This document shows positions 1-11,550 of a stretch of 64,000 nt of DNA, one piece after another. The DNA is taken from positions 91,259-155,258 of the forward strand of contig JAYUQG010000024.1 of NCBI GenBank assembly GCA_043756865.1, given 5' to 3'. Made by a program: the position numbers and the translations under genes. The DNA comes from a bacterium (lineage in GTDB: Bacteria > Patescibacteriota > Minisyncoccia > Phycocordibacterales > UBA6899). Below the pieces are notes generated by a model. The model made no database searches and was not told the DNA's origin. It worked only from the letters and a program-made list of their open reading frames with translations. Position 1 is the first letter of the stretch. Every line of letters begins with the position of its first letter.

Positions 1-645
1 ATTGTGATTCCAAAACTCTCAGCGATTATTTTGGAAACAGGAAAGGATTTACCAATCTATACAAAGGCAGTTATTGGCGCGTCGAATTTTATGATAAATT
101 ACGGCCTGCTTTTTGCAGCAGCCATTGCGCTCTTTATTTTTTCTATATGGCGCTACGTACAAACAGATCACGGGAAGGAAGTTATGGCCCGTCTCTCACT
201 CTCAGTCCCGTATATTGGTGACTTATACAAGAAACTCTATTTGGCCCGCATTGCTGATAACTTAAACACAATGCTTTCTTCGGGTATTGCCGTTGTGCGT
301 GCGGTTGAAATCGCAGCGTCAGTTGTCGGCAACGAAGTCTACAAAAACGCACTCCTGAATGTCGCGTCAGATGTACGTACTGGAGTTTCGCTTTCACAGG
401 CAATGGGAAAGCATCCAGAAATTCCCGGAATTATGATTCAAATGATAAAAGTGGGAGAGGAAACAGGGGAAGTGGGAAGTATTCTCGAGACACTCGCAAA
501 GTTTTATAAACGCGAAGTTGATAATGCTGTTGAAACACTCATTGGTATGATTGAGCCAGCAATGATTATTTTGCTGGGGTTGGGGGTTGGGGGACTGTTG
601 GTATCCATCCTCCTCCCAATCTACGACATCACCGCAAGTTTCTAA
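1..645 (+). CDS. pilC: Type II secretion / type IV pilus platform protein GspF/PilC, C-terminal part; the 5' end lies outside the window
   Basis: Open frame with no upstream stop inside the window. Multi-TM GspF-like C-terminal repeat (..LSVPYIGDLYKKLYLARIADNLNTMLSSGIAVVRAVEIAA..). Sits directly upstream of pilin and prepilin peptidase genes. Confidence 0.75.
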   Translation: MVIPKLSAIILETGKDLPIYTKAVIGASNFMINYGLLFAAAIALFIFSIWRYVQTDHGKEVMARLSLSVPYIGDLYKKLYLARIADNLNTMLSSGIAVVRAVEIAASVVGNEVYKNALLNVASDVRTGVSLSQAMGKHPEIPGIMIQMIKVGEETGEVGSILETLAKFYKREVDNAVETLIGMIEPAMIILLGLGVGGLLVSILLPIYDITASF

Positions 646-687
646 AATTGACGCATTGCTCGGTTTTCCCTCACTAAACTCACGCAA

Positions 688-740
688 CGTATAAAACATA
701 CGTCTCGTGAGTATTAGCTCAGTCCAAACCTTCGCACTGC
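688..740. repeat. 54-nt intergenic repeat, copy A (most diverged member of a 3-copy family)
   Basis: acgtataaaacatacg..cagtccaaaccttcgca shares its pattern with copies at 784-839 and 22977-23036. Confidence 0.55.
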
Positions 741-783
741 ATCTCATTTTGTGCGTTTTACTCAGCATTATGAACAGTTTTTT

Positions 784-839
784 GGACGTATAACTCATAC
801 GCCCATCCAAATATCGCCGCAGTCCAGAACTTCGCAATC
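784..839. repeat. 54-nt intergenic repeat, copy B (tandem to copy A)
   Basis: ggacgtataactcatacgcccatccaaatatcgccgcagtccagaacttcgcaatc is about 85% identical to copy C at 22977-23036. Confidence 0.6.
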
Positions 840-1090
840 TTGGAGCGAGTGTTACCTTTTGGGGGGACTCTCGCAGGAGGGTTGGCTTGGTGTCGCTCTC
901 TTGAGCGACCAACCCGCCGAGAGTGAAGTTGGCGCCCGCAGGAGGCGCCGACTTGTGCCCCTCAAAAGGCTAACCCGAGCGGTTATTTATCCACACCCTC
1001 TTCCCGTACCCTCATTTTGCATGGTACGATATATACAGTGCTTCGAAAATCTGAAGCAATTACATCAGTTATTAATTTTAGTCATTTCTT

Positions 1091-1690
1091 ATGTTCACCT
1101 CTATTAAAGACACGAAGAAAGGTTTCACCCTGATTGAGCTTCTTGTGGTCATTGCGATCATCGGTATTCTCTCTTCAGTTGTGCTCGCATCGCTTTCAAC
1201 CGCGCGCCAAAAGTCACGTGACGCAAAGCGTATCTCTGACGTAGGGCAGATTCAGCTTGCGCTCGAACTCTTCTTCGACGCACAGCAGAGCTACCCACGA
1301 ACAACGCAGCTTGCAAGTACTGTAACGCAGGATGGAGGAGTGCTCGCTCTTACTGCCGCTCAATTTCTTCCTCAGACACCGGTTCCTCCAGCAGGTGGAA
1401 GTCCAAAGTATTTCTACCGCGGTCGTGTAAGCGCAGCGAATCCCCCCGGCATTGCTGATGAGTGTAATGCACTTGCAGAGACATCATGCACTTCGTACAT
1501 TGTTGCAGTCACGCTGGAGCGTGCGGACAACACCGTGCTGACAAGTGATGCCGACACTGACGCAAGTGCTTGGGTTGCCCATGCAGCTGGAGTGGTAGCA
1601 CAGTATGGTGAAGGAGGTGACATCTTTGGTGGCGCTGCAGCTTGTGGGGTCACTGGTGGTGCAGACCTTTGCTACGACATCTCACCGTAA
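1091..1690 (+). CDS. Type IV pilin (major pilin candidate)
   Basis: Class III signal peptide with prepilin processing motif KKGFTLIELLVVIAIIGIL. First pilin gene after the pilC-like gene. Confidence 0.8.
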   Translation: MFTSIKDTKKGFTLIELLVVIAIIGILSSVVLASLSTARQKSRDAKRISDVGQIQLALELFFDAQQSYPRTTQLASTVTQDGGVLALTAAQFLPQTPVPPAGGSPKYFYRGRVSAANPPGIADECNALAETSCTSYIVAVTLERADNTVLTSDADTDASAWVAHAAGVVAQYGEGGDIFGGAAACGVTGGADLCYDISP

Positions 1691-1776
1691 GCAACAGCGA
1701 ATCTTATTTGATTCCAACACAAGCCCAAGCGGGGCTTGTTTTGTTTCGGGCCACCAAGTATGTCTGAACACTCGAG

Positions 1777-2628
1777 GTGAGATGGTATACTGTGTTCCAC
1801 ATGACGTTGTATATTGGAGTTATATACTTTCTTGCTTTTCTTCTCGGAGCTACTATCGGGAGCTTTCTCAATGTGGTTATTTATCGTATGGGAAGTGGAG
1901 TGGGGTTGGGGGGAAGGTCAAAGTGTCTTTCCTGCGGGCGCGCACTCACCGTGCGCATGCTCATTCCGTTATTCTCGTATTTCTTCCAGAAGGGAAAATG
2001 TGTATTTTGTCGCACAAAAATTGCAGTACAGTATCCCGCTGTTGAATTGGCACTCGCTTCACTTTTCGTTGCTGTTGTAGTGTTGCGTGGATTTGACCCC
2101 CTGCTCGCCACTTGGGTTGAGGTGTTACGAGTATTGCTTGAAATGACCGTGTGGTCGGTTTTACTTGGGGTACTCGTGTATGATCTCAAGCATAAGATTA
2201 TTCCTGACAGATTTTCTGTCATGTTTGCGGTTACTTCAGGAATATTGTTGTTTGTCACTACGCAATTGCAGACACCATCCGTGCAATATATTCCATTCCT
2301 CAATACTACGCCTGCGTGGATTGATTGGGCGGCTGCCCCCCTTATTGCAATTCCGTTTGCGTTACTGTGGCTTCTCTCGGGTGGTCGCGCGATGGGGTTG
2401 GGTGACGCGAAACTTGCTTGGGGGATAGGGTGGTTTCTCGGTTTTTCAGGTGGCGTAACGGCGGTCATTCTCAGTTTTTGGATTGCATTCATCCCAAGTA
2501 TAGTGCTGTTGTTTCTTCGTGCAAAACACTTTACAATGAAAAGTGAGATTCCATTTGCACCCTTTCTTGTGCTCGGCACACTTGTCACTTATTTGTTTGG
2601 GGTCGACATACTCGCATGGACATTTTAG
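1777..2628 (+). CDS. pilD: Prepilin peptidase (A24 family, PilD-like)
   Basis: N-terminal CxxC..CxxC tetracysteine motif (CLSCGRAL..CVFCRT), multiple TM segments, acidic catalytic-loop region. Located inside the pilus locus. The start codon is uncertain. Confidence 0.75.
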   Translation: MRWYTVFHMTLYIGVIYFLAFLLGATIGSFLNVVIYRMGSGVGLGGRSKCLSCGRALTVRMLIPLFSYFFQKGKCVFCRTKIAVQYPAVELALASLFVAVVVLRGFDPLLATWVEVLRVLLEMTVWSVLLGVLVYDLKHKIIPDRFSVMFAVTSGILLFVTTQLQTPSVQYIPFLNTTPAWIDWAAAPLIAIPFALLWLLSGGRAMGLGDAKLAWGIGWFLGFSGGVTAVILSFWIAFIPSIVLLFLRAKHFTMKSEIPFAPFLVLGTLVTYLFGVDILAWTF

Positions 2629-2647
2629 GCGATTCGGTATTTATAAT

Positions 2648-3292
2648 ATGTACAAGAAACAGCCATACACACAGTCCCAGTCATTGGAGAAAGGATTTTC
2701 CCTGCTCGAACTTATTGTTGCCATTTCCATTTTTATTGTCCTTTCGAGTGCTTTTTTGATTAACTATAATTCGTTTAATAAGCGTATCAGTATTGATACA
2801 TTGGCACATCAGATAGGCCAGTGGGTTCGCGATGCTCAAGTTTCTGCAATGAGCGTGAAGCGGACCAGTGTTTCATCGACCGTATTTCCCGGATATGGGT
2901 TGCATTTTTCGACATTAACTCCCAACAAGTTCATCTTTTTTGCAGATTCCCTGACCGCAAATAATCAATATGATGCAGGTGTGGGAATATGCGGCAGCGC
3001 AACCACTGAATGTGAGCGTGAGGTGCAACTCCTGCAGGGGAATGTGCTTGAGGCGCTCTGCGGCGATGCTCCGTCGGGTGCCGCCATTACGGCAAAATGC
3101 GGACTACTCGATACTTCAGAAACATTTGATATTGTGTTCACGCGACCCAATCCTGATGCGGTAATTACTGGCGACCTTGGCGGGGCATCATTCCCCACAG
3201 CGTATTCTCGGGCACAAATTCATTTGCTTTCCCCTGCAGGACACCGACGTGTGGTGGAGGTGTGGACAACTGGCCAGGTATCAATCAGATAA
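2648..3292 (+). CDS. Pilin-like / pseudopilin (minor pilin candidate)
   Basis: The ATG at 2648 gives MYKKQPYTQSQSLEKGFSLLELIVAISIF, a prepilin N-terminus. The longer ORF from 2543 would overlap pilD. Confidence 0.65.
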   Translation: MYKKQPYTQSQSLEKGFSLLELIVAISIFIVLSSAFLINYNSFNKRISIDTLAHQIGQWVRDAQVSAMSVKRTSVSSTVFPGYGLHFSTLTPNKFIFFADSLTANNQYDAGVGICGSATTECEREVQLLQGNVLEALCGDAPSGAAITAKCGLLDTSETFDIVFTRPNPDAVITGDLGGASFPTAYSRAQIHLLSPAGHRRVVEVWTTGQVSIR

Positions 3293-3296
3293 TGCC

Positions 3297-3908
3297 ATGA
3301 AACCAAACGTTATAAAAAAAGCAGGAAAGAAGAATGGATTCACACTCATTGAGATGATTGTCTCGATGTCTATTTTTACCATCGCACTCCTCATTATCGT
3401 TGGAGCGCTTATCAGTCTTGAAAATGCGAGCAGGAAAGCCCGAACAGTGCGTATTGTGACTGACAACTTGAGTGCGGCCATCGACTCCATGTCGCGCAAT
3501 GTGCGCATGGGCACGTATTACCACTGTGGTTGCGTCGGCCCCTATACTACGCCGCTTAACTGCCCAATGACCGACGACACGGGAGGTGGTGGCGCGACAT
3601 GCTTGGCGTTCGAGAGCCAGCGTGGCGATCCATCTATTTCAACCGACCAATATATCTACCGCCTTTCAGGAAATCGCATAGAACGCTCAACAGATGGCGG
3701 AAGCACGTTTCTCGCGCTCACAGCTCCTGAGCTCGATGTAACAAACCTGCGTTTTTATGTCACGGGAACTGAGACAAGCAGCAATCAACCTTATGTGACA
3801 ATGATAGTTCGTGGCTCGGCGTCCACCACACCAAGGACGGCAACAGATTTTAATATTCAAACAACCATCGGCGAGCGAACCCCAAACTTCGACTTCACAG
3901 CACCGTAG
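3297..3908 (+). CDS. Pilin-like / pseudopilin (minor pilin candidate)
   Basis: The internal ATG at 3297 gives MKPNVIKKAGKKNGFTLIEMIVSMSIF, a prepilin N-terminus. The upstream part of the ORF overlaps the previous gene. Confidence 0.65.
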   Translation: MKPNVIKKAGKKNGFTLIEMIVSMSIFTIALLIIVGALISLENASRKARTVRIVTDNLSAAIDSMSRNVRMGTYYHCGCVGPYTTPLNCPMTDDTGGGGATCLAFESQRGDPSISTDQYIYRLSGNRIERSTDGGSTFLALTAPELDVTNLRFYVTGTETSSNQPYVTMIVRGSASTTPRTATDFNIQTTIGERTPNFDFTAP

Positions 3909-3910
3909 CC

Positions 3911-4510
3911 ATGAAATACTCAAATGCACATCACAAGGGTTTTACACTCATAGAGGCAGTGGTCTCCATTGCAATTTTAGCGTTTGCGGTCGGAGGTCCC
4001 ATGGCACTTTCCGCACAAAGTTTGCGTGCGTCGCGTGAGGCGCGTATCCAGCTGGAAGCTATACACATTGCAGAAGAGGGAATTGAGATTATTCATAACA
4101 TTCGTGACAATAATTCCGCAAAAGACGTTACGCTCACCCGCGATGCATGGATGTCATCCATACTGGGAACATGCGTAGGCGGTTGTATCGCGGATGTTAC
4201 TGACCACTCCGCTGGTGTATGGGGTCCAGCAGCACTTACTGCATGCCCCGCTGGTGACTGCAGTGTTGTAGGGCGCATTTACTATCATCCAACGTCATCA
4301 TTGTATCGACAACGCCAAATCGCGCTTGCGGCGCCGTGGGTGCCAACGGTGTTTACCCGCTCAATGACCGTTGCGGGCGTTGATGACGTGTCGAATCCTG
4401 TGCGACAGGTCGTGGTTACCTCAACGGTGACGTATCAGGGATATAATGGAGCCATCCGTACAATAAGCGTACGTCAGGATCTTTACAATTGGTTTCCTCG
4501 GCTCAACTGA
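3911..4510 (+). CDS. Pilin-like / pseudopilin (PilV-like minor pilin candidate)
   Basis: MKYSNAHHKGFTLIEAVVSIAILAF prepilin motif. Begins 2 nt after the previous gene ends. Confidence 0.65.
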   Translation: MKYSNAHHKGFTLIEAVVSIAILAFAVGGPMALSAQSLRASREARIQLEAIHIAEEGIEIIHNIRDNNSAKDVTLTRDAWMSSILGTCVGGCIADVTDHSAGVWGPAALTACPAGDCSVVGRIYYHPTSSLYRQRQIALAAPWVPTVFTRSMTVAGVDDVSNPVRQVVVTSTVTYQGYNGAIRTISVRQDLYNWFPRLN

Positions 4511-4516
4511 TACTTC

Positions 4517-5041
4517 ATGAAACACTTACGCACACAACTTGAGGATGAAAAACAAGGAGGATATATTCTTCTGCTCACCGTGCTCATTGTCAGCATTATT
4601 CTTGCAATCAGTTTCAGTATTTATGCACTCAGCATAAAGGAAGTAATTCTCGCATCGTTCCTTCGGGAATCAGAAAAGGCATTTACTGCAGCAGACCGTG
4701 CGGTGGAGTGTACAATCTATTGGGACCGTTCGTTCCCTCAGAATGGTTTACCCTACACTGCGTTTGCAACGTCAACAACTTGGGTAGATCCTGTTAATGT
4801 CAATACGGTTGTCTGTGACACCACCTCGCTTCCGCTCATTCCTTGGGATAACACCACAGGGAGAACTGCAACGAGGGGGATTACCACATTTACCATGCAG
4901 TATGTAGATGGTACGTGCGCTGATGTAACAGTCATCAAAGAAAACGGAGGAACAAACATCACCACCAATGGCTATAACAATTGCACACCCGGTGCAGCGC
5001 GAAGAACGCAGCGGACTATTCTGGTTGACAGTAACATTTAA
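4517..5041 (+). CDS. Pilus-associated hypothetical protein (PilX-like; N-terminal TM anchor)
   Basis: N-terminal hydrophobic helix with no canonical G-F-T-L-I-E prepilin motif. Last gene of the pilin run. Function inferred from context only. Confidence 0.4.
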   Translation: MKHLRTQLEDEKQGGYILLLTVLIVSIILAISFSIYALSIKEVILASFLRESEKAFTAADRAVECTIYWDRSFPQNGLPYTAFATSTTWVDPVNVNTVVCDTTSLPLIPWDNTTGRTATRGITTFTMQYVDGTCADVTVIKENGGTNITTNGYNNCTPGAARRTQRTILVDSNI

Positions 5042-5047
5042 CACTAA

Positions 5048-7156
<2,109 letters not shown>

Positions 7157-7253
7157 GACGCAGGGGCGGAAGCCCTCCAAGACAATGGGGAAGATTTTTT
7201 ACGAAAAATTTTCTGTTTTGTCAATGAACTCATCATTTCGCAAATGGTGTAGT

Positions 7254-7547
7254 ATGAAGACCATGCTCACAAAAGATGACATCAGTAATCTGGCAGAACT
7301 CGCGCGACTTTCTATTTCTGACGAAGAAAAAGCACTTTTCGCAGAGCGTCTTGGTCCCGTACTTGCCTACGTATCCGAGGTAACCTCCGTTACTACCGAA
7401 GAAGATGCAGTGCCCCGTGTTGGTGCACTAAGAAATGTTATGCGCGAAGATGGCGCGCCCAGAGAAGGCGGAACCTTCACTGACCGTATCCTCACCAACG
7501 CTCCTGCAACCGAAGACGGGTATGTTAAAGTGCGTCAGATTTTCTAG
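7254..7547 (+). CDS. gatC: Asp-tRNA(Asn)/Glu-tRNA(Gln) amidotransferase subunit C
   Basis: 98 aa reading MKTMLTKDDISNLAELARLSISDEEKALFAERLGPVLAYV.., the GatC pattern. Immediately upstream of gatA. Confidence 0.8.
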   Translation: MKTMLTKDDISNLAELARLSISDEEKALFAERLGPVLAYVSEVTSVTTEEDAVPRVGALRNVMREDGAPREGGTFTDRILTNAPATEDGYVKVRQIF

Positions 7548-7557
7548 TTTTCCACCT

Positions 7558-8991
7558 ATGTCTATCGATATACACAATCTCACAATTAAAGATGCAAGTG
7601 TCGCGCTTCGCGATGGGGAATACACTTCGGTGCAATTGACCGAAGCAGTGCTTACTAATGCAAAAAAAGAAAATCCAGAAATCAATGCGTATGCGGAAAT
7701 TTTTGAAGATGCGGTGGAGCTCGCCGCAAAGGCGGATGCACTGATTGCCCGCAAAGAGGGTGGACCAATGACCGGCATCCCTGTGTCTATAAAGGACAAT
7801 ATGCTCTATCAAGGCAAAGAATCTACTTCAGGCTCGATGATTTTGCGCGGACACAAAGCGACATACAATGGGACAGCAGTTGAAAAACTCATAGCCGGAG
7901 GAGCGGTCATTATTGGACGCACAAATATGGACGAGTTCGCCATGGGAAGCTCAACAGAGACGTGTGCCTATGGGCAGGTAAAGAACCCTATTGACCCCAC
8001 ACGCGTTCCTGGGGGCTCTTCTGGGGGTGCTGCTGCATCGCTTACTATGGGGGGCGCCCTTGGCTCCTACGGCTCGGATACGGGAGGGTCTATTCGTCAG
8101 CCTGCTGCGTTTTGCGGCATCGTTGGGCTAAAGCCCACCTACGGTGCAGTTTCGCGTTACGGACTTATGGCACTGGCGTCATCATTGGACCAGATTGGAC
8201 CATTCGGGAAAACCGTAGAAGACACGAGACTCCTTTTTGATGCAGTGCGTGGGCACGACCCCATGGATAGCACGTCAGTACCCGAAGCACATGCACTCCG
8301 CGCAAAACGCGATGCACCAAAGACGCTCACCATTGGTATTCCGGAGGCATTTATCGACATGGATGGAATGGATGCAGATGTACGTGAAAATTTTCGTGCA
8401 ACGATCGCCCGACTGGAAGCTTCAGGACACAAAATTAAACCTATTGACCTGCCGTCGATGCCGCGATCGCTTGCGGTGTACTACATCATTCAGCCCGCAG
8501 AAGCTTCCGCAAACCTTGCGCGGTATGATGGTATTCGTTTTGGATTCTCGAAATCCGCAGACCGTCTTCGTGAGGTGTATACAGAGACCCGCGGAGAAGG
8601 GTTTGGCAAAGAGGTCCGCCGACGCATCCTCCTTGGAACGTATGTACTTTCTGCAGGATATTACGATGCGTACTACAACAAAGCAGTTGCAGTTCGCCGC
8701 ATGATTATGGAGGAGATGAAGAAGGCGTTTAGTGAGGTAGATGTTATCGCTACACCCACCACCCCTTCTCCCGCATGGAAATTGGGCGCAATGAACGCGG
8801 ATCCACTCAAGATGTATCTCGAAGACATCTTCACTGTACCCGCCAATATTGCCGGTGTGCCAAGCATCTCCATTCCCTCAGGTGTGGTGACGCGCGACGG
8901 CGTGGTGCTTCCCGTGGGTATACAGTTCATGGCGGATGCATTCAACGAAGACGTGCTGTTTCAGGCGGGTTCTGCAGTTGAGCGTATATGA
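7558..8991 (+). CDS. gatA: Glutamyl-tRNA(Gln) amidotransferase subunit A (amidase signature family)
   Basis: Amidase signature GGSSGGAAASLTMGGALGSYGSDTGGSIRQPAAFCG. 477 aa. Follows gatC. Confidence 0.9.
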   Translation: MSIDIHNLTIKDASVALRDGEYTSVQLTEAVLTNAKKENPEINAYAEIFEDAVELAAKADALIARKEGGPMTGIPVSIKDNMLYQGKESTSGSMILRGHKATYNGTAVEKLIAGGAVIIGRTNMDEFAMGSSTETCAYGQVKNPIDPTRVPGGSSGGAAASLTMGGALGSYGSDTGGSIRQPAAFCGIVGLKPTYGAVSRYGLMALASSLDQIGPFGKTVEDTRLLFDAVRGHDPMDSTSVPEAHALRAKRDAPKTLTIGIPEAFIDMDGMDADVRENFRATIARLEASGHKIKPIDLPSMPRSLAVYYIIQPAEASANLARYDGIRFGFSKSADRLREVYTETRGEGFGKEVRRRILLGTYVLSAGYYDAYYNKAVAVRRMIMEEMKKAFSEVDVIATPTTPSPAWKLGAMNADPLKMYLEDIFTVPANIAGVPSISIPSGVVTRDGVVLPVGIQFMADAFNEDVLFQAGSAVERI

Positions 8992-9638
8992 CTATGTCAG
9001 ACAAACCCCCAGCAAAAGGACCACCAAAAGCAGCAGTAGGAGCGCCAAGCGGAAACAAGATATTTGCGGAGGTTGGAGGTATTCTCATAGCACTCCTCGT
9101 GTTTCTTCCAATCTTAAGCTCGCTTGCGGGGTCGCTCGGATTTCTTGGAGTGGTTGGTGACACGGTGGCTTCTGTTTTCTCTTATGTAAAGATGCTCGCT
9201 ACGGTTATTTCAATGGTTGCATTGATTATTGCTGTCTATTCGTTTATACGTATTTCAGAAATTGCCGCTGAGGAAACAAAGAAGCTTGGGCTCGCGCTCA
9301 ATTGGACAAGTGAACGAAAGCAGAAGAATGCACGTTGGGAGCGCGTAGAGACATACATGACTTCGCTGAATTCCTCTGACTGGAAAATTGCGATTCTTGA
9401 GGCTGATAACATTCTCGACCAAGTAGTAGAACGGATGGGCTACAAGGGGACCACGCTTGGGGAGCGCATGAAGCATATCGAAGCAAGTGATTTCCCGTAT
9501 CTTGAGGACGCATGGACTGCACATAAGACAAGAAATGCGATAGCGCATAAAGGGACTGACTATGAAGTATCCCGCAGTGATGCGGAGCAAACCATCAATA
9601 TCTATCACAGAATTTTTAAGGAGTTGGGGTATTTGTAA
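8988..9638 (+). CDS. Membrane-anchored protein with a C-terminal HEPN-like (DUF4145-type, Rx4H motif) domain
   Basis: The start overlaps the gatA stop (ATGA). Two or three N-terminal TM helices. The C-terminal domain carries AHKTRNAIAHKG, an R-x4-H HEPN-type motif. Confidence 0.55.
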   Translation: MTMSDKPPAKGPPKAAVGAPSGNKIFAEVGGILIALLVFLPILSSLAGSLGFLGVVGDTVASVFSYVKMLATVISMVALIIAVYSFIRISEIAAEETKKLGLALNWTSERKQKNARWERVETYMTSLNSSDWKIAILEADNILDQVVERMGYKGTTLGERMKHIEASDFPYLEDAWTAHKTRNAIAHKGTDYEVSRSDAEQTINIYHRIFKELGYL

Positions 9639-9646
9639 AGCCCAGT

Positions 9647-10756
9647 TTATTCTGCCCATGGACTCGCCAATGGTTCGCCTACAAAAACACCTTGTGCAGG
9701 AAACGCAACGCTTTTCCAGTATGACTCAATCAGCGTCTCTCCTTGAGTGTAGTGAGTAATCACTATTTGTGGGTCAGGAAATTTTTTTTTCAGCGCGTAC
9801 GGTTCGCTTACTGTGCCGTAACTCCCTGTTACTCCAGCTTCAATAAATTCAAGTATGCTCATTTGCGAAGTGTCAGTCAGCATTCCACCAAATGAGGTTA
9901 GGTGGTCTGCTACTGCCCCATTGGGAAATTTGTTTGACGAAATGTTGGGGACCTTGGTTAGACCCTGAAAATAAAAGAGTGCATCGGTAGTATTAGAAAT
10001 GTAATTTTCTGAGGATGCTTTTGTTGATGTGGCACTCTCGGGTTGCGCAGAAAGAAGTTTCACGTGCACTTGCTGGCTAATTGCATGCCCAAGCATCGAT
10101 TTTGAATAATTATTTGCACGCATGCTTCTTATTTGATCTGATGTTTTCATAATGTACGCACTCCCAAATGGTTGTGAATTGTCAGAGGCGACCCCCCGCT
10201 CAATTAATTTTTTTACGCTCGAGACTGATTTTCCCGCGAGCATCATTGATGGCCTAAACCCAAAATCTGTATATGGTGCCAGAGACAGAGAATTATAATA
10301 GGGAAGTGCATCGGGCACATTCCGAGGATCAACGCACGCCATATCGTTGTACCCGAGAGATATTGCGGAGGTAATTCCGTTGCAATTAACGCGTGAGGGG
10401 TTTGTCCACGCAACGGCAATAATCTGAACTGTCTTTGGCAATGCAGCGTTTACTTCCTGAGATAATGCACCGAATTCCTCAGCAGTTAATTGATTTTTTA
10501 GGGGGAGGCTAACATGGACAATATTTTCATTCGGTATACCCCTTTTTGTTTGGTAGTACCATCCAATCTCGATACTTTCGGGGTCATTTTTGTTAATAAC
10601 AATTCCGGTGTTTTGACTGGTTACTTCCCTGTGAAACGTGAGCAATTTCTTTACTGGGGAGATTGTAACCCCACCTTCACTTCGGAAATGTCCAACAAAG
10701 TAGGTACTTACAAACATATAAGCAAGGACAAAAAGAAATATTTCTTTTCTAGGCAT
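9647..10756 (-). CDS. Hypothetical secreted/membrane-anchored protein
   Basis: 369 aa from the first ATG, with an N-terminal signal/TM segment (IFLFVLAYMFVSTYFV). No motif recognised. Confidence 0.5.
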   Translation of the reverse strand: MPRKEIFLFVLAYMFVSTYFVGHFRSEGGVTISPVKKLLTFHREVTSQNTGIVINKNDPESIEIGWYYQTKRGIPNENIVHVSLPLKNQLTAEEFGALSQEVNAALPKTVQIIAVAWTNPSRVNCNGITSAISLGYNDMACVDPRNVPDALPYYNSLSLAPYTDFGFRPSMMLAGKSVSSVKKLIERGVASDNSQPFGSAYIMKTSDQIRSMRANNYSKSMLGHAISQQVHVKLLSAQPESATSTKASSENYISNTTDALFYFQGLTKVPNISSNKFPNGAVADHLTSFGGMLTDTSQMSILEFIEAGVTGSYGTVSEPYALKKKFPDPQIVITHYTQGETLIESYWKSVAFPAQGVFVGEPLASPWAE

Positions 10757-11092
10757 GCATACAGAATAGCATAGCAAGAAAGCAGGCTTAGCCTAAGGGA
10801 ACTCTCGGCTACCGCCGCGGGTGATATTCAATCTCGACGACTTGATAATGGATATCCTTTCTTCAGCAGACGGGACTCTAGCATAAGAGGCGCAACACCC
10901 ATTTCCAATTTTCAGAACGAGACTCTGTCGCGAATATTTTGCTTGCCGCCGAGCGCAAAATTTCTCGACCCCAGCTCGTGGTTTCGCCTGCTGACGAAAC
11001 ATCGCTCCGCTTTTCGAGTCCCTCGTTGAGTGCGGCAGCGCACTCAACACCGCCGTGCAAAAATACCACCTTACGGTGGCTTTTTGTATTTG

Positions 11093-11166
11093 CGCGGCGG
11101 ACGGGACTCGAACCCGCAACCTCCCACGTGACAGGCGGGTGCTCTAACCAGTTGAGCTACCACCGC
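11093..11166 (-). tRNA. tRNA-Asp (anticodon GTC)
   Basis: The reverse complement folds as a cloverleaf. Acceptor stem GCGGTGG/CCGCCGC, anticodon loop CTGTCAC, T-loop GGTTCGAGTCC. CCA is not encoded. Confidence 0.85.
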
Positions 11167-11195
11167 AAATATTATTTTCTGGCCACCTTGACCAG

Positions 11196-11272
11196 TGGTG
11201 TCGACGGGAGGGAACGATCCTCCGACCTCGGGCTTATGAGTCCCGCGCTCTAACCAACTGAGCTACGTCGAC
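11196..11272 (-). tRNA. tRNA-Met-like (anticodon CAT; could be elongator Met, Ile2 or initiator)
   Basis: The reverse complement reads GTCGACGTAGCTCAGTTGGTTAGAGCGCGGGACTCATAAGCCCG..CGTCGACACCA. Perfect 7-bp acceptor stem. CCA is encoded. The T-loop is atypical. Confidence 0.75.
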
Positions 11273-11400
11273 ATATAAACATGCGTGCTCCAGTCACACC
11301 AATGAGCACAGTGGATTTATAGCATATTCTGTCTCAAAATCAAACTTGGATGTCATTTGCATGCGGTTAGGAATTAATCACCAGTCCTAAGTTCACAGAC

Positions 11401-11424
11401 AGGACTCGGTCACGAGTTACTAAG
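11401..11424. repeat. 24-nt repeat related to the repeats next to tRNA-Gln (36153-36186 and 37301-37331, reverse complement)
   Basis: aggactcggtcacgagttactaag matches the reverse complement of cttagtgactcgtgaccgagtcc at 36153-36175 at 22 of 24 positions. Confidence 0.5.
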
Positions 11425-11550
11425 TCTTTTGGTGCGAAGGCCACCAAAAGCCCAAGTACTCCCGACCCCGACTCGCCCGTCTCACAAGGCTTCGACATGG
11501 CTCCGTCTTTCGATTCCTGATGAAAGTGCCATTGGGCGCTTTTTTGTAAT

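Noticed and set aside
2543-3292. The long forms of pilin ORFs starting at 2543 and 3177
   Set aside because: The upstream extensions overlap the preceding genes and hide the prepilin leader. Internal ATGs at 2648 and 3297 give canonical K-G-F-(T/S)-L-(I/L)-E N-termini.
10793-11119. 108-aa minus-strand ORF
   Set aside because: It overlaps tRNA-Asp and its composition (R/S/A-rich) looks spurious.
11281-11550. Possibility that the 270-nt tRNA spacer encodes SRP RNA, RNase P RNA, 6S or tmRNA
   Set aside because: None of the conserved motifs I can recall is present. These are the SRP GGAAGCAGCC-type domain IV, the RNase P P4 AGGAAAGTCCGGGCTCC region, and the tmRNA tag ORF with tRNA-like ends. 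Only simple hairpins were seen.
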